Source of the DNA: Scenedesmus sp. PABB004
Taxonomy: Eukaryota
Direction of reading: 5' to 3'
Assembly: GCA_014905635.1 (NCBI GenBank)
Contig: JABVCE010000007.1
Coordinates: forward strand, 248,001-312,000
Length of the DNA stretch: 64,000 nt
The notes under the pieces were generated by a model. The model worked only from the letters and a program-made list of their open reading frames with translations, was not told the origin of the DNA and searched no databases. The position numbers and the translations under genes are program-made. This document shows positions 47,215 through 59,993 of this stretch, piece after piece. Positions within the stretch are counted from its first letter, which is position 1. Each line of letters starts with the position of its first letter.

Positions 47215-48010
47215 TAGGCGGCGCGGGGCGCCGCAGAACCCAACCAGCGGCGGCGTTGGTGGCGCGCCCCGGCGGCAGCTGCGACGCTGCCGGCGCGCCG
47301 CGGGGCTCCCCTGAACGCGGGGGCTGCTCGCGGGGGGCGCGCGCTTCGGATCGCCCTCGCGGAGGGGCGTTTGATCACGCCGCGCGGCGCACTGCGGCGG
47401 CGGAGCCGCCGCTGACGCGCCGTGCGCGCGCACGTGCCGGGCAGCGTCGGCATCTCTTGCAGGCCGCAGCGGTGCAACCGGCGGCCATCCCACTCGCCTG
47501 CAGGTCGCTGAGAGCTGGGGCGCCCTCGTTCAGTTGCGCTCGCGAGCTGGCAGCCCGGCGCATCTGCTGTCGTCAGCGCTGGTGGCTGGCCAGCTCCCCG
47601 CGGCCCACCCCAGCTGCCGCGCGCCCGTCCACGGACTCTCGTAGCTTGGGCATAGCTCCAGCGAGCCTCCCGGCTCAATCACGAGCCTGCAGCGCGGCCT
47701 GAGCCCCGGCGCAGTGCGCTCGCCAGGCCCGTAGGCCGCGAGCTCGCCTCCAGACCGCGTGCCGCAGCCGGTTTGCGCTTCTACATCACTAGGCGAGCTC
47801 GGACGCGCGTGCGCGCTTGATGCAGGTGGGCAGCGCGAGGGCGCGGGCTTCGCCTACCGCGGCGGCCCGCGGGCGCGCGCAGAGGGCGGCTGCAGGTCCG
47901 ATGGTGCAGGTACGCGCGCGCAGAGCTCGACGCACGCCCCGCGCCGCCGCCGCGCTGCCGGTGCCGGGCGCAGGTGCCGCGCGCGGGCTGCTGAACGCGC
48001 GCCAAGCCCA

Positions 48011-49901
48011 ATGGAGGCGCTGGCGGGCCGCCCCGGCCTGGCGCCAGCGCACGTCGGCCTCATGGCGCAGGTCCCGGACGGCCTCGGCCTGCTGGCGGGG
48101 CCCGGCGGCGCCGGCGCGTGGCAGCAGCAGCCGGCGACGGTGACGCAGCGCGGCGCGCGCACGACCACGCCCGGGCGCATCGAGTCGGGCCCGCAGCCGC
48201 TGGCGCCGCTGGAGCAGCTGCGCCTGCTGCAGGCGATGCAGGCGGCGCAGCAGGCGCGCAGCAAGGCGGCGCGCCGCGCCGAGCACGCGCCCGCGCTGCG
48301 CCGCATCGCGACAGCGCTGGACGCGCGCGGCGGCAGCGGCAGCGGGCGCAGCTTCAGCTTTGGCGCCGGCGGCGGCGACGGCGGCGGCGAGGCCGCGCCG
48401 GCCGCGGCGGCGGAGCTGGAGGACCTGTTCAGCCGGGCGGAGGCGGCGGTGGGCGAGTACCTGGACTCCCCACAGGCGGGGCTGCTCTTCGGCAGCGACA
48501 TCAGCGACGCGCTCGCGCAGCTCTGCGACGAGCCCGGCGCGGGCGCGGGCCGCTGGGCGAGCGACGCCGGCGGCGCCGGGCGGCGCTGGGGGCTGGACCT
48601 CAGCGACGACGGGCCCGAGCCAGGCTTTGGCTGGCGGCACAGCACCGGCGGCGCCGGCGGCGCCGGCTCGCTGGCGCGCCCCCAGCAGGCCGCCGCCAGT
48701 GGCGGCGGCCGCGGCGCCAAGCGCAGCTGCGCCGGCGCGCAGCCGGCGGCGCAGATCGAGGCCGGCGACGCCGCCGACGAGCCGGGGCCCGCGCGCGCCA
48801 GCTGCCCCGGGGGCTGGGGCGCCGCGCCCTCCCGGCCGGGGCGGCTGTCCAGCTCCGCAGTCGCCGGCTTCGCGGCCTGCCTCGACCTCAGCCGCGCCAG
48901 CGACACCGACGACCCGGGCGCGGGCCGCGCCGCGCGGCGCCGCACGGACGGCTACGGCGGCCGCCTCGCGGGCACCAAGCACGCGCAGCTGCTGGACCTG
49001 AGCGGCGGCGCAGCGGGCGCGCAGCCCACGGGGACGGGCGCGGCGGCGCCGGGCGGCGCGGCCAAGCGGCAGCACCAGCTCGAGGCGCGCTCGCCGCAGC
49101 CGCCGCCCGTGGCGGCCACGAAGGCCAACAATTTGAGCTTCACCTCCTGGGCGGCGGGCGGCGGCGGCGCCCAGGAGTTCCGCTCTCCCTTCAGCAACTC
49201 GACGGCCGTCGTGGCCGCGCTCTGCCCGAGCTCGCCGGCGGGCGGCTTCAGCCCCAGCGCCGCGCTGGCGGCGCTCACCTTCACGCCGGGCGCGGCGGGC
49301 GAGCCGGCGCACGGCGGCCGCACGGGGCGCTCGCCGCGCGTCAGCGGCCGGCGGCGCTCCGGCCTCGGCGCGGGGCAGCGCACGCCGCGCGCCAGCGCCG
49401 GCGGGCAGGGCGCGCCGCTGAGCCCGCGCTTCTCGCAGGAGCTGCTGCAGCGTCAGCTGTCGGGCAGGGGCGGCGCGCCGCCCGAGACCTTTTGCCACGC
49501 GTGTGGCGCGGTGAGCACGCCGCTCTGGCGCACCGGGCCCGACGGCCCCCGCACGCTGTGCAACGCGTGCGGCTGCCGCCAGCGCAAGCGCCTCTCGCTG
49601 GCGGGCGCGCACTCGCCGCCGGGCGGCTCGCCCGCGCACAAGGCGCCGCACGTCGCGCAGCCGGGGGCCGGGCACGCAGGCGGAGCCGCGGCGGCGGCGG
49701 CGGCCGCCGCCGCAGCGCTGGCCGCGGCGAGCGCGCAGGCAGCGCGGGCCGCGCCGTCGCCGGCGCCGCTGCAACCCCCAGGGCACGTCGGCGTGAGCAT
49801 CACCACGGTGTCGGGCACGGGGCCCGACGCGCGGCGCGTGAGCAGCCAGGTCCTGGTGGTGCCGGCGGCCGAGCCGGGCGGCGGCGCGGCCGACGGCAGC
49901 C

Positions 49902-49934
<33 letters not shown>

Positions 49935-50701
49935 TGCAGCTGCTGGACTACGGCCAGGGCTTCAGCAACAGCGACGGCGGCAGCATGCCCCCCGGCGCGC
50001 AGCAGCAGCCGGGCGCGCCCTGGCAGCCGCTGCTGCAGGCTCCCCAGCTGCCGCAGCAGCTGCTGCACCTGCAGCTCCCGCGCATCCGGACGCGCACCGC
50101 GGCGGGCGCCGGCGGCGGCGCCGCACCCGCGTTTGCGGTGCCCGGCCTGCAGGCGGCGTTCGACTCCGACAGCAGCCGCAGCAGCGCCGTCGCCACGAGC
50201 AGCGGCAGTGGCGGCAGCGGCGGCAGCGGCGGCAGCGGCGGCAGCGGCGGCAGCGGCGGCGCGGGGGGCGGGCTGGCAGGCCTGAGCCTCGCACCGCCGC
50301 CGCTGCCCGTGCCGGCCAGCCTGCTGGGCACCATCGCGACGATGAGCCTGGCCGGCGGCGCGGGCAGCCCCGCCAGCAACATGAGCAGCGGCAGCATGGC
50401 CGTGCTGGGCACGCCCGTGAGCGCCGCCGCGGGCGCGCCGGCGGCGCGCGGCGGCGTACCGCAGCCGGCCGGGCACACCGTCACCACGACGAGCCTGCCG
50501 TTCGGCGGCGGCGGCGGCCACGGGGGCTGCTTCCAGCTGCCCCAGGAGACGGGGCTGCCGCCGGACGGCCTCGAGGGGCTTGGCCTCGACGCGCACGCGT
50601 GGCAGGCGCTGGACGCGCTGGACGCGCTGCTGCCGCACCACGGCCTCGACGCGGCGGGCCTGGTGGACGACGCGCTCGCAGACCTCATGGTCGTGGAGTG
50701 A
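48011..50701 (+). CDS. GATA zinc-finger transcription factor, apparently single exon and mostly low-complexity
   Basis: CHACGAVSTPLWRTGPDGPRTLCNACG (CX2CX18CX2C) followed by a basic patch at ~49490-49590. Confidence 0.88.
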
Positions 50702-51254
50702 GCCACGCGGCCTCGACGCGGCGGGAGTCGCGCGATGCAGGCGGCCGGGCGGGCGCCGGCGTGTGGCAGCCAGCGGGCCAGCAGGCCTGCGGGCCTGGCC
50801 CGGCGGCGCCGGGCGACGGGCAGATGTGCAGGAGTGCAGGTGCCGGTGTAGGTTGATGCGCAGGGCTGGTGCAGGGGAGGGGGGCGGGCAGGTCGGAGGC
50901 TGCGGCGGCGGTCCAGGCGCGCTCAGCCCTAAGCAAACCCTTGATCCCGGGAGGTTTCGTGTGAGGTGTAGAGCGTGTGAGGTGTAGAGCTAGGCGTGGG
51001 CGGGCGGCTCGCCGCGGCTGCAGACAGCCGCCGGCTCGATCGGCTGCGGCACTCTGCGGAGCTGGCAGGGGCGCGAGGGTGAGCTCAAGCGTAACAGCTG
51101 TCAGGTTACCGAGGCAGGGAAGACGCCCCGGGCGGCCGTGCGAAGCGCCCATCCTCGCCGCGCGCCAGCTCAGCACGCGCTCGCAGACCACACGGCACAG
51201 CGCGTCCCAGCGCCGCACTTCCGCTGCCGCCGCCGCCGCATCCACCACTGCGGC

Positions 51255-52679
51255 TCACGCGCGCTGCGGCTCCGCGGCGGCCGCGCCGGCGGTCGCGCCG
51301 GCGGTGTCGGCGTACTCGAAAGCTCCGCTGCGCTCGTGCTCCAGCATGTCCAGCGCGACGACGCAGCTGTGCGCGACGATTGGCTCCGGGTCGGCAGCGC
51401 AGCGCTGCAGCAGCGCCACGCTCGCGGCGTCAGCGACCGCGCCGAGCGCCTCGGCCGCCTCGTGCCGCACCATGGCGTGCTCCGACGCGTCCTGCGGGGC
51501 GGCGCGCGCGCGCAGGCGCGGCGCTCGCGCCGCCGCGCTGCCTGGCCGTGCGCGGCGCGCCGGGAGGGCCGGCGCTGCGAGCGGGCGGCGCGACACCGCG
51601 CGCACCTGCAGCACGCGGCACAGCACGTCCGCCGAGGCGGGGTGCTGCATCTGTCCCATGACGTACGCCACCTCGTGCTTCAGCAGCGCGCTGGACGTGC
51701 CAAACGCCTCGCCCAGCACCGCGACTGCCTCGGCGCCGCCCCGGTTGCGCAGCGCAAACAGCGCGCGGTAGCGCTGCGCGGCAGGCGGCGGCGGCGCGCA
51801 TGGGACGGGCGCCGCGCCGCGCGCCCGGCGCTGGTTCAGAGGCGCGGGCCGCCAGCCCGCGCGCACCTCAAACATGGGCGCCGCGGCGTCGAGCAGCGTG
51901 CCGCGCAGCTGCTCCAGCGGCGTGCCCGCCGGCAGCGCGGGCGTGGGGTCGACGCTGAAGTACGGCGACTGCTCGTCTTCCGCCCCGCCGCCGGCGCCGC
52001 CGCCGGGCGCCGCCTTTTGCTGCTCCAGGTACGCGAGCCGCCCCAGCGCCAGCTGGCACGTCTCCGCGACCTCCTGGCACGCGTCGCCCGCGTGGCGCTG
52101 CAGCACCTCGAGGCACCCCGGGTCGGCGATCGCCCCGAGCGCCTCGGCCGCCTCGTGCCGCACCCTGCGGCGCGCGTGCGCGGCGGCGCGCAGCGCTGAG
52201 CCGCTGCACGGCGGCGGCGCGCGCGGCGCGCGGCTGCGCGTGGCGGCTGCGCGTGGCGCGCGGCGGCGGCGCGCACATCGGGTGCTGCGCCGCGTCGGCG
52301 ACCAGCTGCTTCAGCACGCCCACGGCCGCGGGGTCCTGGCGCTGCCCCAGGCAGAAGGCGACGTCGTGCCGGAACAGGTCCGACTCGTCCTGCAGCGCTG
52401 CGCGTGGCGGCGGCCGGCGGCCAGCGGCGGCCGGCGCGTGTGCGGCAGCGCTGCCAGCGGCCGCCGGCGCGCGCCTGCAGCGACTGCTGGCGCCCCCGCC
52501 GCGCTGGCAGCAGGCTGGCGCCGCTCACCAGCGGTCAGGGCCGCGGTGGCGCCCGGCCCCGCGACGTTGCGGAGCGAGAAGAGGGCCCTGTACTTGTCGG
52601 GCAAGCTCGTGCCCGGCGCCCGCAGCTTGCAGCCCAGCGCCTCCACGGTGGCGTCGGGCGCCTGCACCAGCGTCGCCAT
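51255..52679 (-). CDS. DOHH: Deoxyhypusine hydroxylase (HEAT-repeat di-iron enzyme), multi-exon
   Basis: YRALFSLRN and YRALFALRN, FRHDVAFCLGQ, VRHEAAEALGAI, SVDPTP, LKHEVAYVMGQMQ, MVRHEAAEALGAV, SCVVALDM..FEYA. Confidence 0.95.
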
Positions 52680-53030
52680 GGCCCGCGTGCAGCAGCTGGC
52701 GACGCGCGGGCGCGACGCGCTGCGGCGGCGGCTGCGTGTGCGGCGGCGACTGCTGCCGCGACGAGAGCGTGGGCGGGCGGCAGGTGGCGCGGTGGGATCG
52801 CTGTGGCGCTGGCGTTGCGGACGACTGCGCCGGGCGCGCCCATGCGCTTCATCACCTGTGACGCGTGCGGCGCAGCGCGTGCGGCTCTGGCTGAGCCGCC
52901 GCGTCCGCTGCGACGCCGCCCGCTGCCCTGCCGCCGCCGCTCTCCAGTCCCCGCCCAGCGCTCAGTGGAACGCGCCGGCCCAGCGCCGCCGCTGGCGCAC
53001 CGAGCCGCCGCAGCGCCGCGCGCGGCAGCG

Positions 53031-54673
53031 ATGCTCTCAGCGCCGGCGCGCGCCGCCTGGCCGGCCCTGCGCTGCGCCCTGGGCGCCAGCGGGGCCTGGG
53101 CCGCGCCATGGGGCGCGTCACAGGGGCAGCAGCCCGCGGCGCAGCAGCTCGCGGCGCAGCAGCGCCGCGCGCTGGGCGGCGACGGCGCGCCGGCCAACGC
53201 CATGGCCCTGATCAAGCAGCTGCGCGCCTCCAGCGGCGCGCCCATCGCGGACGTCAAGGTGCGCCGTGCGGGCGGGCGGCGCGCGCACGCGGCAGGCCGC
53301 CGCACGCCCGGGCGCCGCCGCACGCCCCGCCCGCCGCCGCCCGCCGCCCGCCGCGCCGCAGGCGTGCCTCGCGGGCGCGGGCTGGGACGTGTCGGCGGCG
53401 ATGGAGGCGCTGCGGCTCAAGGGCCTCGCGGCGGCGGTGAAGAAGGCGGCGCGGCACGCGAGCGAGGGCCTCGTCGGCGTCGCGGCGGCGGGGCCGCGGC
53501 TCGTGGCTGTGGTCGAGATCAACAGTGAGACAGACTTTGTCGGCCGCTCCCAGCCGTTCCAGCAGCTCGTCGGCGCCGCAGCGCGCGCGGCGCTCGCGCT
53601 CGCGCCCGCGGGCGGCGCCGGCGCCTGCGGCGCGGTGCACGAGCTGGACGCCGCGCAGGTCGGCGGCCGCGGCGGGCGGCGGCGCCGGCGGCGGGCGGCG
53701 GCGCGGCACGGCGTGCGCCCTCACGCGCCCCCGCGCGCGCCCGCGCAGCTCGCCGCGGCGCGGCTCGAGGGCGGCGCGAGCATCGAGGAGGCCTGCGCGC
53801 AGCTGGCGGGGCAGGTCCGGGAAAACATCGCGCTGCGGCGGGGCTTCCTGGTGGCGGCGGGGCCCGACGGTGGGGCGCGACGCGGCACCGCGGCGCGTGC
53901 CCGGCCCCGGCGCGCACGGCCGCGTGGCCGGCCGCAGCCGGCGCCGCCGCCGCCGCCGAGCGCCCCGGCCCCGCCCCGCCCCGCCGCGCACACGCTGTGA
54001 CCGTGGCTGCCCCCCTCCGCGCTGCCCCCCTAAACCCAGGCGTGGTGTCCAGCTACGTCCACATGCCCGTGGCGCCGGGCGCGGGGCGCATCGCCGCGGT
54101 CGTCGCGCTGCGCGCGCCGGGCGCTGCGCTCGGCGGCGCGGGCGAGGCCGAGCTGGCCGCGCTCGGCGGCGGTCTCGCGATGCACGCGGCAGGCATGGGC
54201 ACAACGCACGTGAGCGCGGACGCCGTGCCGCCGGCCGTGCTCGAGGCGGCACGCGCGGACGTCGCGTCGGCCACGGCCGCGCAGATGCCGGGCAAGGCCG
54301 GCGCGGTGCTGGACAGGATTGTGGAAGGCAAGCTCGCCAAGTGGCTCAAGGAGGTGCGCGCCACGGTCGAATGGCGCGCGCGGGCCCGGTTGCCCGCTGC
54401 GCGCTGCCCGCTGGCCGACCCCGCGCGCCGCCGCCCTGCCGCCGCCCCGCCGGCCCACCACCGCAGTCGTGCCTGCTGGAGCAGCGCTACGTGCTTGACG
54501 ACGCCCTGACCGTGCGGCAGCTGCTCGAGCAGGCCGGCGCCCGGCTCGGCCTGCCGGCGCTGGGCGCGGACGCGCTGCTGCGCGTGCAGGTCGGCGAGGG
54601 GCTCGAGCGCGCGGGTGAGGACAAGCCCGACTTTGCGGCCGAGGTCGCGGCGATGGCCGGCGGGCGCGCGTGA
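53031..54673 (+). CDS. TSFM: Mitochondrial-type elongation factor Ts, multi-exon
   Basis: Targeting peptide, LIKQLRASSGAPIADVK|ACL, LRLKGLAAAVKKAARHASEGLV, VEINSETDFV, ENIALRR, IVEGKLAKW, LLEQRYV. Confidence 0.9.
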
Positions 54674-54853
54674 GGTTCCGGGGCCGCGGGCTCACAGGCC
54701 TAAGCCCTGGCGCTCTGCAAGGCATGCGCCGCTCTCAGTCTCTCCGGCCGCCCGGCAGTTCCGACACGCAGCGCCAGCCCGCAGCGCCGTGCGCATCAGC
54801 AGCAGCTGCCACGCGCGTGGCGGCAGCAGCAGCCCGCGGCGGCGGCGGCCGCC

Positions 54854-57188
54854 ATGCTGCCGGCGCTGCGAGCGCGCGCCGGCGTGGCCTGCCGGCGCGC
54901 GGGTGGGCTGTTTGGGCCGCCATGCAACGCACGGCCGGTTGCGCGCGCGGCCAGCGGCCCGGGCGCGGCTCGGCAGCAGTCGCGAGCCAGCCCGGCCTGG
55001 CTCGCCGCGCAGCGGGGCCGCCTGGCTGCCCGCGCGACCGGCGACGCGATGGAGGGGGGAGGCCTCGACCGCCGCCAGGCGCTGGCGGGGCTGCCAACCG
55101 TGGCGTACGGCCAGGTGCGGCGGCGACGCGGGTTGTGGCGGCGCCGCTGCTGGCCGCGCGGTGGCGGCGGCCACCGATGGCAGCAGCAGCAGCAGCAGCA
55201 GCAGCAGGGTCAGCAGCACCAGCAGCAGTGGCAGGCGCGCCGCGGCATGCGCGCTGCTCACTCGCGCGCGGCGCAGGTCGTGAGCGCCGAGGCCAACTTC
55301 GTGCGCGTCAACATCTCCCACATGGCGCCGCCCGACGGCGACGACTGCGGCGCCGAGCGGCAGCAGGCCGCCGGCGCCGAGCAGCCCGCCGGCGCCGAGC
55401 AGCCCGCCGGCGCGCCGCCGCCGCGCGCGCAGCTGCTGTGCACGGTGCGGGCGCTGCTAAAGAAGATCAACCAGCGCGTGCTGGTGGGCGACCGCGTGCG
55501 CGTGGCGGGCGTGGACTGGGGCGAGGGCCGCGGCGTGGTGGACGCGGTCGCGCCGCGGCGCAGCGAGCTGCCCGACCCCGCGATCGCCAACGTCGACCAC
55601 GTGCTGCTGCTCTTCGGCCTCACCCAGCCGCCGGTGCGCCGCCGGCCGCGCACGCGCGCCCGCGCCGCGGCGCCGCGCCCGGCGGGCTGCCCCCGACCCC
55701 GCCCCGCCGCCGCCGCCGCGGCCGCGTCAGTTTGAGGCGCACCAGGTGTCGCGCTTCCTCGTGAGCGTCGGCGCGTCGGGCCTGCCGGTCACGCTCGCGC
55801 TGAACAAGTGCGACCTGGTGAGCGAGGCGGAGGTCGACGCGCGGCTGGCGCAGGTCGCGGCGTGGGGCCACGCCGCGGTCGCGGTCTCCTGCGCGACCGG
55901 CCGCGGGCTCGACGCGCTCGCGGGCCGCCTCGCGGGCGGCGTGTCGGTCGTCGCGGGGCCGTCGGGCGCGGGGAAGAGCAGCCTCATCAACGCGCTGCGC
56001 CTCGGGCGCCACAAGCCCGGCGCGGCGGGCCTGGCGCCGCTGGGCGCGCCGCCGGGCGTCAGCGTCGCCGCGGCCGCGGGGCCGTGGCTGGCGGAGCGGC
56101 GGGCGCAGCAGGCGCAGCAGGCGCAGCAGGCGCAGCAGGCGCAGCCGCGGGAGCAGCAGCAGCAGCAGCAGCAGCTGCAGTCGGAGCAGTTGCAGCAGGC
56201 GCAGCAGGAGCAGCATCAGTGGGAGCAGGTGCAGCACTGGGAGCAGCAGGAGCAGCAGCCCGCCTCCACCTCCAGCTGGGAGGAGGAGTGGGCCGAGGGC
56301 TGTCGCGAGTACGGGAGCTGCGAGGAGGTGCTGCTCGGCGACCAGGACGGCGACGGCAGCGAAGGCAGCGGCGGCGGCGACGGCAGCGGCGCCGGCGGCG
56401 CCGGCGCCGCCCTGCGGGCGCCGGCGCCGCCCGCGTTCCTCGCTGTCGGCGACATGAGCCGCATCGGCCGCGGCCGGCACACCACGCGCGCAGTCACGCT
56501 CATCGAGCTGCCCTTTGGCGGGCTGCTCGCCGACACGCCCGGCTTCAACCAGCCCACGCTCGACCGCGTCAGCAGCGCGGAGCTCGCCGGCCTCTTCCCA
56601 GAGTTCACCGCTGCCGTCGAGGCCGCGGGCGGCTGCAGGCGCGCCGCGCGCGCGGCGCGCGGGGGCACGCCGCGCACGCGCCCGCGCGCCGGCGGCCCCC
56701 GCCGCCCGCCCCCGCCGACGGCCGCGCCGCGCGCCGCGCGCGCAGGTTTGCCGACTGCATGCACGTCGCGGAGCCGGGCTGCGCCGTCGCGGGCGGCGGG
56801 CACGAACGGTACGAGCACTACCTCAAGTTCCTGGCAGAGATCAAGGCACGCGCCGCAGCGCCACGCCGCGCAGCGCCGTGCAACGCCGCGCCGTGCAGCG
56901 CAGCGCTGCGCCGCGCCGCGTGGACCTGGCGGCGCCGCGCGCGCGCTCGCGCGCGTTGGGGCGCAGCGAGCAGCCCGCCGCGGCGCGCCGCGCGCGGCGG
57001 CGGCGCAGGTGCGCGAGGAGTGCGACGTGCGCGTGATGCAGCTGGCCAAGGCGCGGCGCGAGGGCGCGCTCAAGGCGGTGAGCGGCCGCGGCGGCGAGCA
57101 GCGCTTTGAGGCGCGGCTCAACGCCAAGAAGCACCGCACCACCAGCCGGCGGCGCACGAAGCAGAGCCTGTGGGACCTGCCCGAGTGA
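54854..57188 (+). CDS. rsgA: RsgA/YjeQ circularly permuted ribosome-biogenesis GTPase, organelle-targeted
   Basis: OB domain (VLVGDRV), PAIANVD, G4 NKCD, G1 GPSGAGKSSLIN, G2 GRHTT, G3 DTPGF, Zn site C|RFADCMHVAEPGC. Confidence 0.93.
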
Positions 57189-58093
57189 GCGCGCGCGGCG
57201 GGTGCTGGTCGTCGGCTCCCGGTTACAGGCGCGCGTGCGTGCGCGTAATGAAATCAGCGGCGCGGGCCCCGCCCGCCTGCCCACGCCGCGGCCCCGGTCG
57301 GCGTTCAAACGCTGCCCAGCTCTGCCCACGTGCCCCGCTGCCTCGATCGATCACCCGCAGCCAGCCTCGCGCCTGCACATGCTGCTGCGCCGCTGCCGCC
57401 GCCACCACCGTGGTCCCCCTCCGCGGCGGCGCGCGCACGCGGCGTGCCGGCCCTCGTTGTCCCCAGCCGCCACGGCGAGCTACAAGGTAAAAGAAGCGGC
57501 GCAGGGTGCCGCGGGGCGGGGGCCGCCGCGCCCTCGCCCCGGGCCGCCCAAAGGAATCGTCGTCGTCGCTGCAGGCCCTATGGGCCTGTCGCAGGTCGTC
57601 ACAAGCTGGCTAGCCCTGGGTCCGGGCCGCGCGCAGCCGGCGCGCGGCCGGCTTGCGTGCGGGCGGCGCACGCACGCTGCGGGCCAATGCGCGCAGCGCG
57701 TGTGCCGCGCCGCGCAGCAACAGTCGGTCAACTCAACCACCTGCCCCGAGGGCGCAGCACACGCGGCGCGGTGTCGGGGGTCGCGTCGTCGTGGGCAGTG
57801 GGCCGAGCGCGCGCAGCGTGTTGCAGCTGCGCGCTGCGAGAGGGCGCCACGAGAGCAGGGCAACCAATAAATGTGTGTGCGCGAGGGGAGAGAGAGAGAG
57901 AGAGAGCGAGTGAGAATGCGAAGAGGTCATACCCCGCTGCTGGAACAGGTGGACGTGGCCACCGGCGCGCGCCCGCCGCCGGCGCCCGGCCTGGGCGCGC
58001 TCGGCGCGCTCCGGCTCGGCACGTGCTGCGCTCGGCGCGCGCGCGCTGTTCGGCGCGCGCTCTGTGCGGCGCGTGCGCTGTGCGGCGGTGCGC

Positions 58094-59397
58094 TCAGGAC
58101 ATGTTGATGAGCTGCAGCCACGCGTCGTCCTGGCGCAGCACGAGCATGTCGCAAAAGTCGCGGCGCTGCGCCGCGCTCAGGCGCGGCAGCGGCGGCAGCA
58201 GCCGCGGCAGCCAGAAGTGCAGCGGCTCGTGCGCGTCGTCGGGCGCGGCGCCCGCGTCGGCCGCGCCGGCGCTGCTGGGCGGGCGGCAGCCGCCGACCAT
58301 CGCGTCGTACTTGCCCTGGCACCTGCACAGGGTGGAGGGTGGAGGCGGGCGCGGGTGAGCGCGGCGGGCGGAGCCAGGAGCGGGGCGGCGCCGGGCGGCG
58401 GGCAGGGAGGGGACGCGCGCGCGCGGGCGCGCACCTCGGGCACAGCGGCACCTCGCGCTTGCCGATGACCGCCGCGTGCGCGGTCGGCTCGTTGCAGCCC
58501 CTGCGCGGCGACGCGGCGGCGGCGGTCGGCCGCGCGCGCTGCTGGCGCCCGCGCTGCGCAGCCGGCGCGGGCGCGGGCCGCCGCCCGCCACAGCGCGCGC
58601 GCGCGCGCCGTGCCGCCCGGCGCCGCGCACCTGCAGGCCTGGAACCAGCCGCCGATGACGAGGCGCGTCCCCTTGATGTACTTGTCGTTCACGGGGCCCT
58701 CGGCCTCACCGCCGGCGGCGTGGCGCGCCGGCGCGGCCTGCTGCGCGGCCTGCGCCTGCGCCGGCTGCTGCTGCGCCTGCAGCTGCGCCGACGTCGCGGC
58801 GGACGGCGCCGCGGCGCCCACGGCGGCGTGGCAGGAGCCCATGGCGGTGCAGACCGAGTCCTGCGTGCACGTGGTGGACTGCTCGTCGAGCGTCTCGGTG
58901 TCGGTGCGCGCGTGCTTGCCCGCCGACGACGCGGCCTTGGCGTCGGCGCGCTGCGGCGCGCGGCGGCGGGTGAGGCGTGGTCCAGCGGCGCCGCGGGCTC
59001 GCCCGATCGCGCGGGCTCGCCTGGTCCCGCGCCCCGGCGCCGCCGGGGGGCGGGGTGGGCGCGGGGCGGGGAGCTGTCGGCCGGAGCAGCTCAAAAAGGC
59101 GGGCGCCGCCCCTGGCCTGCCAGCGACCGCCCGCGCCACCCGGTGCGCCCGTGCGCGACGGGCTCGGGCCACTGGCGCGGCCCCGGCGCGCGGCGCGGCC
59201 GGGCCGCGATGCCGCGTTTGCCGCTGGCAGCTGCTCGCCCGCCGCGGCGCGCACGGCGCCCGCCCGGGCCCGCCCGCGCTGCCAGACCCGGCCCTGCCCA
59301 CCTGCTGCGCGCTCGCGGCCGTGGGGCTCATGGGCGAGCAGGGGCTGCGCCGCTTGCGCCTGCCGTCGCCGCTCAGCACCGCCACGCGGTCGGCCAT
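58094..59397 (-). CDS. Hypothetical protein with a CxxC...CxxC putative zinc ribbon
   Basis: Spliced reading: MADRVAVLSGDGRRKRRSP..., YIKGTRLVIGGWFQACR|GCNEPTAHAAVIGKREVPLCPR|CQGKY...DAWLQLINMS*. Confidence 0.6.
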
Positions 59398-59993
59398 CCC
59401 CGATGGCGGCCACACGCCGGCCGGCCGCGCCAGCGGGGCGCCAGGCGGCGCCTGCGGAGCGGGCGCGGGGGAGGCTCCGGCACGACAGGCCCGGCGGGCG
59501 CTGCCAGCGCGCTCGGCGGCTGCCGTTCGTGGTCAAAAGAGCGGCGGGATCGCGGGGGCCGCTGCGCGCTGGAGTGGGCGGGCGCAGTTGCGCGCCGCAG
59601 CCTGGCGCTGCAGCGCGCCGCCGGCGAGGGTTGAGCGCGCCGCCGACTTGCGGCGACCGCAACACGCCCGCACGAGCACGAAAAATACGGTGCAACGGCT
59701 CGCCCCGCCGTGACCTGGCCGCCGGCGCCGTGGGGGCTGGCCGGCGCGACGAGAGCAGTACGCGGCGGCGTCGATTTGGCCGCCGCGTTTTTGCGGCCCG
59801 TCGCCGCCGCAGTCCCTCAGCCGCCCGCCCGCCGAGGGCACGCAGAGGCGGGCAACAGCTCTTTCCGCGCACACACGCCACCGCGCCGTCGGCGGCAACC
59901 GCGGCGCGCGCAGTCGACGGCGCGCGACGCGCAGCAGCGGCAGCAGCAGGGCCGCGCGGCCCCGCGCCGGGGCGGTGGGGCCTCCGCGGGATC

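Noticed and set aside
54674..54853. Bicistronic EF-Ts/RsgA transcript (180-bp gap)
   Set aside because: A TGCAA candidate poly(A) signal lies in the gap and short gaps are common in this window; cannot be supported without long-read RNA.
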